Origin: Eledone cirrhosa | Taxonomy: Eukaryota | Length of the DNA stretch: 64,000 nucleotides | Reading direction: 5' to 3' | Assembly: GCA_964016885.1 (NCBI GenBank) | Contig: OZ024740.1 | Span: forward strand, 296,608,001 to 296,672,000 | Shown here: piece after piece, positions 15,001-27,000 of the stretch | Layout: each line of letters opens with the position of its first letter | Position numbering within the stretch: the first letter of the stretch is position 1 | Notes under the pieces: model-generated | The model's database searches: none | Seen by the model: the letters and a program-made list of their open reading frames with translations, nothing else | Told to the model about the DNA's origin: nothing | Position numbers and translations under genes: made by a program

Positions 15001-18000
15001 CCGTTTTTTATTTGTGTGCCCCGTTTTTTATTTGTGTGCCCCGTTTTTTTATGGGGGGTCCGTTTTTTATTTGAGTGCCCCGTTTTTTATTTGGGTGCCC
15101 CGTTTCCTATTTGTGTTCCCCGTTTTTTAATGGGGGGGTCCGTTTTTTGTTTGGGTGGCCCGTTTTTTAATGGGCGGGTCCGTTTTTTATTTGGGAGCCC
15201 CGTTTTTTATGGGGGGGGGTCCGTTGGGTGCCCCGTTTTTATATGGGGGGCGTCCGTTTTTTACGGGGTGTCCGTTTTTTTACGGCTCTCCGTTTTTTAT
15301 TTGTGTGCCCCTTTTTTTATTTCGGTGCCGCGTTTCTTTATGGGTGGCTCCGTTTTTTATTTGTGTGCCCCGTTTTTTTATGGTGGGTCCTTTTTTATTT
15401 GGGTGCCCCGATGTTTATGGGGGTGTCCGTTTTTCATTTGGGTGCCTCGTTTTTTATTTGGGCGCCCCGTGTTTTTATGGGGGGCCGTCTTTTATTTGGT
15501 TGCCCGTTTTTTTATGGGGGGTCCGTTTTCTATTTGGGTGCCCCATCTTTTAATGGGGGGTCCGTTTTTATTTGGGTGGCCCGTATTTTTATGGGGGTGT
15601 CCGTTTTTTATTTGGGTGCCCCGTTTTTTATGGGGGATCCGTTTTTTATTTGGGTGCCTCGTTTTTTATTTGGGTGTCCCGTTTTTTTTATGGGGGTCCG
15701 TTTTTTATTTGAGTGCCCCGTTTTTTATTTGGGTGCCCCGTTTTTTATTTGGGTGCCCCGTTTATTTATTTGGGTGCCCCGTTTTTTATTTGGGTGTCCC
15801 ATTTTTTTATGGGGGTCCGTTTTTCATTTGGGTGTCCCGTTTTTTTATGGGGGCCGTTTTTTATGGGGGTGCGTTTTTTATTTGGGTGCCCCGTTTTTTA
15901 TTTGGGTGCCCCGTTTTTTATTTGAGTGCCCCGTTTTTTATTTGGGTGCCCCGTTTTTTATTTGGGTGCCTCGTTTTTTATTTGGGTGCCCCGTTTTTTA
16001 TTTGGGTGTCCCATTTTTTTTATGGGGGTCCGTTTTTCATTTGGGCGCCCCGTGTTTTTATGGGGGGCCGTCTTTTATTTGGTTGCCCGTTTTTTTATGG
16101 GGGGTCCGTTTTCTATTTGGGTGCCCCATTTTTTAATGGGGGGTCCTTTTTTATTTGGGTGGCCCGTATTTTTATGGGGGTGTCCGTTTTTTATTTGGGT
16201 GCCCCGTTTTTTATGGGGGATCCGTTTTTTATTTGGGTGCCTCGTTTTTTATTTGGGTGTCCCGTTTTTTTTATGGGGGTCCGTTTTTTATTTGAGTGCC
16301 CCGTTTTTTATTTGGGTGCCCCGTTTTTTATTTGGGTGCCCCGTTTATTTATTTGGGTGCCCGGTTTTTTATTTGGGTGTCCCATTTTTTTATGGGGGTC
16401 CGTTTTTCATTTGGGTGTCCCGTTTTTTTATGGGGGGCCGTTTTTTATGGGGGTGCGTTTTTCATTTGGGTGCCCCGTTTTTTATTTGGGTGCTCCGTTT
16501 TTTATTTGAGTGCCCCGTTTTTTATTTGGGTGCCCCGTTTTTTATTTGGGTGCCCCGTTTTTTATTTGGGTGCCCCGTTTCTTTATGGGTGGGTCCGTTT
16601 TTTATTTGGGTGCCCCGTTTTTTTATGGTGGATCCTTTTTTTATTTGGGTGCCCCGATTTTTATGGGGGGTCCGTTTTTTATTTGGGTGCCCCGTTTATT
16701 ATTTGGGCGCCCCGTTTTTTTATGGGGGCCTTCTTTTATTTGGGTGCCCGTTTTTTTATGGGGGGTCCGTTTTTTATTTGTGTGCCCCGTTTTTTAATGG
16801 GGGGTCCGTTTTTTATTTGGGTGCCCCGTTTTTTATTTGGGTGTCCCGTTTTTTATGGGTGTCCGTTTTTTATTTGTGTGCCCCGTTTTTTATTTGTGTG
16901 CCCCGTTTTTTTATGGGGGGTCCGTTTTTTATTTGAGTGCCCCGTTTTTTATTTGGGTGCCCCGTTTCCTATTTGTGTTCCCCGTTTTTTAATGGGGGGG
17001 GTCCGTTTTTTGTTTGGGTGGCCCGTTTTTTAATGGGCGGGTCCGTTTTTTATTTGGGAGCCCCGTTTTTTATGGGGGGGTCCGTTGGGTGCCCCGTTTT
17101 TATATGGGGGGCGTCCGTTTTTTACGGGGTGTCCGTTTTTTTACGGCTCTCCGTTTTTTATTTGTGTGCCCCTTTTTTTATTTCGGTGCCGCGTTTCTTT
17201 ATGGGTGGCTCCGTTTTTTATTTGTGTGCCCCGTTTTTTTATGGTGGGTCCTTTTTTATTTGGGTGCCCCGATGTTTATGGGGGTGTCCGTTTTTCATTT
17301 GGGTGCCTCGTTTTTTATTTGGGCGCCCCGTGTTTTTATGGGGGGCCGTCTTTTATTTGGTTGCCCGTTTTTTTATGGGGGGTCCGTTTTCTATTTGGGT
17401 GCCCCATCTTTTAATGGGGGGTCCGTTTTTATTTGGGTGGCCCGTATTTTTATGGGGGTGTCCGTTTTTTATTTGGGTGCCCCGTTTTTTATGGGGGATC
17501 CGTTTTTTATTTGGGTGCCTCGTTTTTTATTTGGGTGTCCCGTTTTTTTTATGGGGGTCCGTTTTTTATTTGAGTGCCCCGTTTTTTATTTGGGTGCCCC
17601 GTTTTTTATTTGGGTGCCCCGTTTATTTATTTGGGTGCCCCGTTTTTTATTTGGGTGTCCCATTTTTTTATGGGGGTCCGTTTTTCATTTGGGTGTCCCG
17701 TTTTTTTATGGGGGGCCGTTTTTTATGGGGGTGCGTTTTTTATTTGGGTGCCCCGTTTTTTATTTGGGTGCCCCGTTTTTTATTTGAGTGCCCCGTTTTT
17801 TTATTGGGGGGTGTCCGTTTTTTTGGGTACCACGTTTTTTATTTGGGTGCCCTGTTTTTTATGGGGGGTCCGTTTTTTATTTGGGTGTGCCGTTTTTTTA
17901 TGGTGGGTCCATTTTTTATTTGGGTGCCCCATTTTCTTATGGGGGTCCGTTTTTTATCTGGGTGCCCCGTTTTTTAATGGGTGGGTCCGTATTTTATTTG

Positions 18001-21000
18001 GGTGCCCCGTTTTTTTATTTGGGGGTCCGTTTTTCATTTGGGTGCCCCGTTTTTTATGTGGGGTCCGTTTTTTATTTGGGTGACCCGTTTTTTATTTGGG
18101 TGCCCCGTTTTTTTATGCGGGGGGGGGGACGTTTTTTATTTGGGTGCCCCGTTTTTTTATGGGGGGGTCTGTTTTTTATTTGGGTGCCCCATTTTTATTT
18201 GGGTGCCCCGTTTTTTTTATAGGGGCGTCCGTTTTTTATTTGGGTACCCCGTTTTTTACTTGGGTGCCCCGTTTTTTTACGGGGGGTCCGTTTTTTATGG
18301 GGGGTCCGTTTTTTATTCGGGTGCCCCGCTTTTTTTTATTGGGGGGGAGTTTTTTAATTGGGTGCCCCGTTTTTTTATGGCGGTCCGTCTTTTATTTGGG
18401 TACCCCGTTCTTTATTTGGGTGCCCCGTTTTCTTTTATGGGGGTTTTCATTTTTTATTTGGGCGCCCCGTTTTTTACTTGGGTGCCCCGTTTCTTTATTT
18501 GGGTGTCCCGTTTTTTTATGGGTGTGTCCGTTTTTCATTTGGGTGCACCGTTTCTTATTTGGGTGTCCCGTTTCTTTATGGGTGGGTCCGTTTTTTATTT
18601 GGGTGCCCCGTTTTTTATGGTGGGTTTTTTTTTTAATTGGGTGCCCTGATTTTTATGGGGGGGTCCGTTTTTTATTTGGGTGCCCCGTTTTTTATTTGGG
18701 CGCCCCGTTTTTTTATGGGGGGCCTTCTTTTATTTGAGTGCCCGTTTTTTTTATGGTGTCCGTTTTTTATTTGGGTGCCCCGTTGATTTATGGGGGGTCC
18801 GTTTTTTATTTGGGTGCACCTTTTTTATTTGGGTGCCCCGTTTTTTTTATAGGGGGGTCCGTTTTTTATTTGGATATCCGGTTTTTTTATGGGGGGCGTC
18901 CGTTTATTATTTGGGTATCCCGTTTTTTATTTGGGTGCCCCGTTTCTTTATGGGGGGTCCGTTTTTTATTTGGGTGCCCCGTTTCTTTATGGGGGGTCCG
19001 TTTTTCATTTGGGTGCCCCGTTTTTTATTTGGGTGTCCCGTTTTTTATGGGGGGTCCGTTTTTTATTTGGGTGTCCCGTTTAATACGGGGAGGTCCGTTT
19101 TTTATTTGGGTGCCCCGTTTTTTTATGGGTGGCTCCGTTTTTTATTTGGGTGCCCCATTTTTTATTTGGGTGTCCCGTTTATTTATGGGCGGGGTCCGTT
19201 TTTTTATTTGGGTGCCCCTTTTTTTATGGGGGGTCCGTTTTTTATTTGGGTGCCCCGTTTCTTTATGGGCGGGTCCGTTTTTTATTTGGGTGACCCGTTT
19301 TTTTATGGGGGTCCTTATTTTATTTGGGTGACTCGTTTTTTATTTGGGTGCCCCGTTTTTTGATTGGGTGCCCGGTTTTTTTATGGGGGGTCCGTTTTTT
19401 ATTTGGGTGTCCTGTTTTTTATTTGGGTGCCCCGTTTTTATATGGGGGGCGTCCGTTTTTTATTTGGGTAACCCGTTTTTTATTTGGATGCCCCTATTTT
19501 TTATGGGGTGTCCGTTTTTTTATGGGTGTTCCGTTTTTTATTTGTGTGCCCCGTTTTTTATTTCGGTGCCCCGTTTCTTTATGGGTGGCTCCGTTTTTTA
19601 TTTGTGTGCCCCGTTTTTTTATGGTGGGTCCTTTTTTATTTGGGTGCCCCGATGTTTATGGGGGTGTCCGTTTTTCATTTGGGTGCCTCGTTTTTTATTT
19701 GGGCGCCTCGTTTTTTTATGGGGGGCCGTCTTTTATTTGGGTGCCCGTTTTTTTATGGGGGGTCCGTTTTCTATTTGGGTGCCCCATTTTTAATGGGGGG
19801 GTCCGTTTTTTTTTTGGGTGCCCCGTTTTTTATGGGGGGGTCCGTTTTTTATTTGGGTGCCCCGTTTTTTATGGGGGATCCGTTTTTTATTTGGGTGCCT
19901 CGTTTTTTATTTGGGTGTCCCGTTTTTTTTATGGGGGTCCGTTTTTTATTTGAGTGCCCCGTTTTTTATTTGGGTGCCCCGTTTATTTATTTGGGTGCCC
20001 AGTTTTTTATTTGGGTGTCCCATTTTTTTATGGGGGTCCGTTTTTCATTTGGGTGTCCCGTTTTTTTATGGAGGGCCGTTTTTTATGGGGGTGCGTTTTT
20101 TATTTGGGTGCCCCGTTTTTTATTTGGGTGTCCCGTTTTTTATTTGAGTGCCCCGTTTTTTATTTGGGTGCCCCGTTTTTTATTTGGGTGCCTCGTTTTT
20201 TATTTGGGTGCCCCGTTTATTTATTTGGGTGCCCCGTTTTTTATTTGGGTGTCCCATTTTTTTTATGGGGGTCCGTTTTTCATTTGGGTGTCCCGTTTTT
20301 TTTATGGGGGTCGTTTTTTATGGGGGTGCGTTTTTTATTTGGGTGCCCCGTTTTTTATTTGGGTGCCCCGTTTTTTATTTGAGTGCCCCGTTTTTTTATT
20401 GGGGGGTGTCCGTTTTTTTGGGTACCACGTTTTTTATTTGGGTGCCCTGTTTTTTATGGGGGGTCCGTTTCTTATTTGGGTGTGCCGTTTTTTTATGGTG
20501 GGTCTATTTTTTATTTGGGTGCCCCATTTTCTTATGGGGGTCCGTTTTTTATCTGGGTGCCCCGTTTTTTAATGGGTGGGTCCGTATTTTATTTGGGTGC
20601 CCCGTTTTTTTATTTGGGGGTCCGTTTTTCATTTGGGTGCCCCGTTTTTTTATGTGGGGTCCGTTTTTTATTTGGGTGACCCGTTTTTTATTTGGGTGCC
20701 CCGTTTTTTTATGCGGGGGGGGACGTTTTTTATTTGGGTGCCCCGTTTTTTTATGGGGGGGTCTGTTTTTTATTTGGGTGCCCCATTTTTATTTGGGTGC
20801 CCCGTTTTTTTTATAGGGGCGTCCGTTTTTTATTTGGGTACCCCGTTTTTTACTTGGGTGCCCCGTTTTTTTACGGGGGGTCCGTTTTTTATGTGGGGTC
20901 CGTTTTTTATTCGGGTGCCCCGCTTTTTTTATTGGGGGGGAGTTTTTTAATTGGGTGCCCCGTTTTTTTATGGCGGTCCGTCTTTTATTTGGGTACCCCG

Positions 21001-24000
21001 TTCTTTATTTGGGTGCCCCGTTTTTTTTTATGGGGGTTTTCATTTTTTATTTAGGCGCCCCGTCTTTTACTTGGGTGCCCCGTTTCTTTATTTGGGTGTC
21101 CCGTTTTTTTATTGGTGTGTCCGTTTTTCATTTGGGTGCACCGTTTCTTATTTGGGTGTCCCGTTTCTTTATGGGTGGGTCCGTTTTTTATTTGGATGCC
21201 CCTATTTTTTATGGGGTGTCCGTTTTTTTATGGGTGTTCCGTTTTTTATTTGTGTGCCCCGTTTTTTATTTCGGTGCCCCGTTTCTTTATGGGTGGCTCC
21301 GTTTTTTATTTGTGTGCCCCGTTTTTTTATGGTGGGTCCTTTTTTATTTGGGTGCCCCGATGTTTATGGGGGTGTCCGTTTTTCATTTGGGTGCCTCGTT
21401 TTTTATTTGGGCGCCTCGTTTTTTTATGGGGGGCCGTCTTTTATTTGGGTGCCCGTTTTTTTATGGGGGGTCCGTTTTCTATTTGGGTGCCCCATTTTTT
21501 AATGGGGGGGTCCGTTTTTTTTTGGGGTGCCCCGTTTTTTATGGGGGGGGGTCCGTTTTTTATTTGGGTGCCCGTTTTTTATGGGGGATCCGTTTTTTAT
21601 TTGGGTGCCTCGTTTTTTATTTGGGTGTCCCGTTATTTTATGGGGGTCCGTTTTTTATTTGAGTGCCCCGTTTCTTATTTGGGTGCCCCGTTTTTTATTT
21701 GGGTGCCCCGTTTATTTATTTGGGTGCCCCGTTTTTTATTTGGGTGTCCCATTTTTTTTATGGGGGCCCGTTTTTCATTTGGGTGTCCCGTTTTTTTTAT
21801 TTGGGTGTCCCGTTTTTTTATGGGGGTCCGTTTTTTATTTGTGTGCCCCGTTTTGTATTTCGGTGCCCCGTTTCTTTATGGGTGTGTCCGTTTTTTATTT
21901 GGGTACCCCGTTTTTTTATGGTGGGTCCTTTTTTATTTGGGTGCCCCGATTTTTATGGGGGGGCGTCTTTTATTTGAGTGCCCCGTTTTTCATTTGGGTG
22001 CCCCGTTTTTTATTTGGGTGTCCCGTATTTTATGGGGGGTCCGTTTTTTATTTCGGTGCCCCGTTCCTTTATGGGTGGGTCCGTTTTTTATTTGGGTGCC
22101 CCGTTTCTTTATGGGGTGTCCGTTTATCATTTGGGTGCCCCGTTTTTTTATGTGGGTCCGTATTTCATTTCGGTACCCCGTTTTTTATTTGGGTGCCCCG
22201 TTTCTTTATGGGGGTCCGTTTTTTATTTGGGTGCCCCGTTTCTTTATGGGGGTTCGTTTTTCATTTGGGTGCCTCGTTTTTTATTTGGGTGTCCCGTTAT
22301 TTTATGGGGGTTCCATTTTTTTTATTTGGGTGCCCCGTTTTTATTTGGGTGGCCCATTTTTTTATTTGGGTGTCCCGTTTTTTTCTATGGTGGGGGTACA
22401 TTTTTACTTGGGGGTCCCGTTCTTTTACGGGTGGCCCGTTTTTTGGGGGGGTACCCCGTTTTTTATTTGGGTGCCCCGTTTATTTATGGGGGTCCGTTTT
22501 TTTTATTTGTGTGTCCCGTTTTTTATTTGGGTGCCCCGTTTCTTTATGGGGGGTCCGTATTTTATTCGGGTGCCCCGTTTTTTTATGGGGTCCGTTTTTT
22601 ATTTGGGTGTCCCGTTTTTTATGGGGGGTCCGTTTTTATTTGGGTGCCCCGTTTTTTTATGGGATCCGTTTTTTATTTGGGTGTCCCGTTTTTTATGGGG
22701 GGTCCGTTTTTATTTGGGTGCCCCGTTTTTTTATGGGGGGCCGTTTTTCATTTGGGTGCCCCGTCTTTTATTTGTGTGCCCCGTTCTTTATTTGGGTGCC
22801 CCGTTTTTTTATGGGGGGTATCATATTTTATTTGGGTGCCCCGTTTTTTATTTGGGTGCCCCGTTTTTTTTATGGGGGGTCCGTTTTGTATTTGGGTGAC
22901 CCGTTTTTTTATTTGGGTTTCCCGTTTTTTTATTTGGGTGACCCGTTTTTTATTGGGGGGGGGAGTTTTTTAATTGGGTGCCCCGTTTTTTTATGGTGGG
23001 GTCCGTTTTTTATTTGGGTGCCCCGTTTTTTATTTGGGCGCCCCGTTATTTATGGGGGGCCGTCTTTTATTTGGGTGCCCGTTTTTTTATGGGGGTCCGT
23101 TTTTTATTTGGGTGTCCCGTTTTTTTATGGGGTGTCCGTTTTTTATTTGGGTGCCCCGTTGATTTATGTGGGGTCCGTTTTTTATTTGGGTGTCACTTTT
23201 TTATTTGGGTGCCCCGTTTTTTTTATAGGGGGGTACGTTTTTTATTTGGATATCCCGTTTTTTTTATGGGGGGCGTCCGTTTATTATTTGGGTACCCCGT
23301 TTTTTATTTGGGTGTACCGTTTTTTTATGGAACGGTCCGTTTTTTATTTGGGTGCCCCGTTTTTTATTTGTGCGCCCCATTTTTTATGGGGGGCCGTCTT
23401 TTATTTGGGTGCCCGTTTTTTTATGGGGGTCCGTTTTTTATTTGGGTGCCCCGTTTTTTTATGGGGTGTCCGTTTTTTATTTGGGTGCCCCTTTTTTATT
23501 TGGGTGCCCCGTTTTTTTTATAGGGGGGGTCCGTTTTTTATTTGGATATCCCGTTTTTTTATGGGGGGCGTCCGTTCATCATTTGGGTACCCCGTTTTTT
23601 ATTTGGGTGCCCCGTTTTTTTATGGGGGTCCGTTTTTTTATGGGGGCTCCGTTTTTTATTTGTGTGCCCCGTTTTTTTATGTGGGTCCGTATTTCATTTC
23701 GGTGCCCCGTTTTTTATTTTGGTGCCCCGTTTCTTTATGGGGTGTCCGTTTTTTATTTGGGTGCCCCGTTTCTTTATGGGGGTCCGTTTTTCATTTGGGT
23801 GCCCCGTTTTTTATTTGGGTGTCCCGTTTTTTATGGGGGGTCCGTTTTTTATTTGGGTGTCCCGTTTTTTATGGGTGGCTCCGTTTTTTATTTGGGTGCC
23901 CCATTTTTTATTTGGGTGTCCCGTTTATTTATGGGCGGGGTCCGTTTTTTATTTGGATGTCCCTTTTTAATGGGGGGTCCGTTTTTTATTTGGGTGCCCC

Positions 24001-27000
24001 GTTTTTTTATGGGTGGGTCCGTTTTTTATTTGGGTGACCCGTTTTTTTATGGGGGGTCCTTATTTTATTTGGGTGACTCGTTTTTTATTTAGGTGCCACG
24101 TTTTTTGATTGGGTGCCCGGTTTTTTTATGGGGGGTCCGTTTTTTATTTGGGTGCCCCGTTTTTTTATGGGGGGGTCCGTTTTTTATTTGGGTACCCCGT
24201 TTTTTATTTGGGTGCCCCTATCTTTTATGGGGGGGACCGTTTTTTTATGTGGTCCGTTTTTTATTTGTGTGCCCCGTTTTTTATTTGGGTGCCCCGTTTT
24301 TTTATGGTGGGTCCTTTTTTTATTTGGGTGCCCCGATTTTTATGGGGGTGTCCTTTATTTATTTGGGTGACCCGTTTTTTATTTGGGCGCCCTGTTTTTT
24401 TATGGGGGCCGTCTTTTATTTGGGTGCCCGTTTTTTATTTGAATGTCCCGTTTTTTATTTGGGTGTCCCGTTTTTTATTTGAGTGTCCCGTTTTTCTATT
24501 TGGTGTCCCGTTTTTTATGGGGGGTCCGTTTTTCAATTGGGTTCCCCGTTTTTTATTTGGGTGCCCCGTTATTTTATGGGGGTACCATTTTTTATTTGGG
24601 TGTCCCGTTTGTTATTTGGGTGTCCCGTTTTTTTATTTGGATGTCCCGTTTTTTTATGGTGGGGGGTCCATTTTTTACTTGGGTGCCCCGTTCTTTTATG
24701 GGGGGCCCGTTTTTTATTTGGGTACCCCGTTTTTTATTTGGATGCCCCGTTTTTTATGGTGGCGTCCGTTTTTTATTTGGGTGCCCCGTTTTTTTATGGG
24801 GGGGTTGTTTTTTATTTGGGTGCCCCGTTTCTTATTTGGGGGCCCCGTTTTTTATGGGAGGTGCGTTTTTTATTCGTGTGCCCCGTTTTTTATTTGGGTG
24901 CCCCGTTTCTTTATGGGTGGGTCCGTTTTTTATTTGGGTGCCCCGTTTTTTTATGGTGGATCCTTTTTTTATTTGGGTGCCCCGATTTTTATGGTGGTCC
25001 CTTTTTTATTTGGGTGCCCCGTTTATTATTTGGGCGCCCCGTTTTTTTATGGGGGCCTTCTTTTATTTGGGTGCCCGTTTTTTTATGGGGGGTCCGTTTT
25101 TTATTTGTGTGCCCCGTTTTTTTATGGGGGGTCCGTTTTTTATTTGGGTGCCCCGTTTTTTATTTGGGTGTCCCGTTTTTTTATGGGTGTCCGTTTTTTA
25201 TTTGTGTGCCCCGTTTTTTATTTGGGTGACCCGTTTTTTTATGGGGGGTCCGTTTTTTATTTGAGTGCCCCGTTTTTTATTTGGGTGCCCCGTTTCTTAT
25301 TTGTGTGCCCCTTTTTTTAATGGGGGGGTCCGTTTTTTGTTTGGGTGGCCCGTTTTCTAATGGGCGGGTCCGTTTTTTATTTGGGTGCCCCGTTTTTTCA
25401 TGGGGGGCGTCCGTTTTTTATGGGGTGTCCGTTTTTTTATGGGGGTCCGTTTTTTATTTGTGTGCCCCTTTTTTTATTTCGGTGCCGCGTTTCTTTATGG
25501 GTAACTCCGTTTTTTATTTGTGTGCCCCGTTTTTTTATGGTGGGTCCTTTTTATTTGGGTGCCCCGATGTTTATGGGGGTGTCCGTTTTTCATTTGGGTG
25601 CCTCGTTTTTTATTTGGGCGCCCCGTGTTTTTATGGGGGGCCGTCTTTTATTTGGTTGCCCGTTTTTTTATGGGGGGTCCGTTTTCTATTTGGGTGCCCC
25701 ATTTTTTAATGGGGGGTCCGTTTTTTATTTGGGTGGCCCGTATTTTTATGGGGGGGTCCGTTTTTTATTTGGGTGCCCCGTTTATTTATTTGGGTGCCCC
25801 GTTTTTTATTTGGGTGTCCCATTTTTTTATGGGGATCCGTTTTTAATTTGGGTGTCCCGTTTTTTTATGGGGGCCGTTTTTTATGGGGGTGCGTTTTTTA
25901 TTTGGGTGCCCCGTTTTTTATTTGGGTGCCCCGTTTTTTATTTGAGTGCCCCGTTTTTTTATTGGGGGGCGTCCGTTTTTTGGGGTACCACGTTTTTTAT
26001 TTGGGTGCCCTGTTTTTTTATGGGGAGTCCGTTTTTTATTTGGGTGTCCCGTTTTTTTATGGGTGGCTCCGTTTTTTATTTGGGTGTCCCATTTTTTATT
26101 TGGGTGTCCCGTTTATTTATGGGCGGGGTCCGTTTTTTATTTGGGTGCCCCTTTTTAATGGGGGGTCCGTTTTTTATTTGGGTGCCCCGTTTTTTTATGG
26201 GTGGGTCCGTTTTTTATTTGGGTGACCCGTTTTTTTATGGGGGGTCCTTATTTTATTTGGGTGACTCGTTTTTTATTTGGGTGCCCGTTTTTTGATTGGG
26301 TGCCCCGTTTTTTATGGGGGATCCGTTTTTTATTTGGGTGCCTCGTTTTTTATTTGGGTGTCCCGTTTTTTTTATGGGGGTCCGTTTTTTATTTGAGTGC
26401 CCCGTTTTTTATTTGGGTGCCCCGTTTTTTATTTGGGTGCCCCGTTCATTTATTTGGGTGCCCCGTTTTTTATTTGGGTGTCCCATTTTTTTATGGGGGT
26501 CCGTTTTTCATTTGAGTGCCCCGTTTTTTTATTGGGGGGCGACCGTTTTTTTGGGTACCACGTTTTTTATTTGGGTGCCCTGTTTTTTTATGGGGGGTCC
26601 GTTTTTTATTTGGGTGCGCCGTTTTTTTATGGTGGGTCCTTTTTTTATTTGGGTGCCCCATTTTCTTATGGGGGTCCGTTTTTTATCTGGGTGCCCCGTT
26701 TTTTAATGGGTGGGTCCGTATTTTATTTGGGTGCCCCGTTTTTTTATTTGGGGGTCCGTTTTTTATTTGGGTGCCCCGTTTTTTATGTGGGGTCCGTTTT
26801 TTATTTGGGTGACCCGTTTTTTATTTGGGTGCCCCGTTTTTTTATGCGGGGGGGGGGGGGCGTTTTTTATTTGGGTGCCCCGTTTTTTTATGGGGGGGTC
26901 CGTTTTTTATTTGGGTGCCCCATTTTTATTTGGGTGCCCCGTTTTTTTTATAGTGGTGTCCGTTTTTTATTTGGGTGCCCCCTTTTTTTATGGGGGCGTC

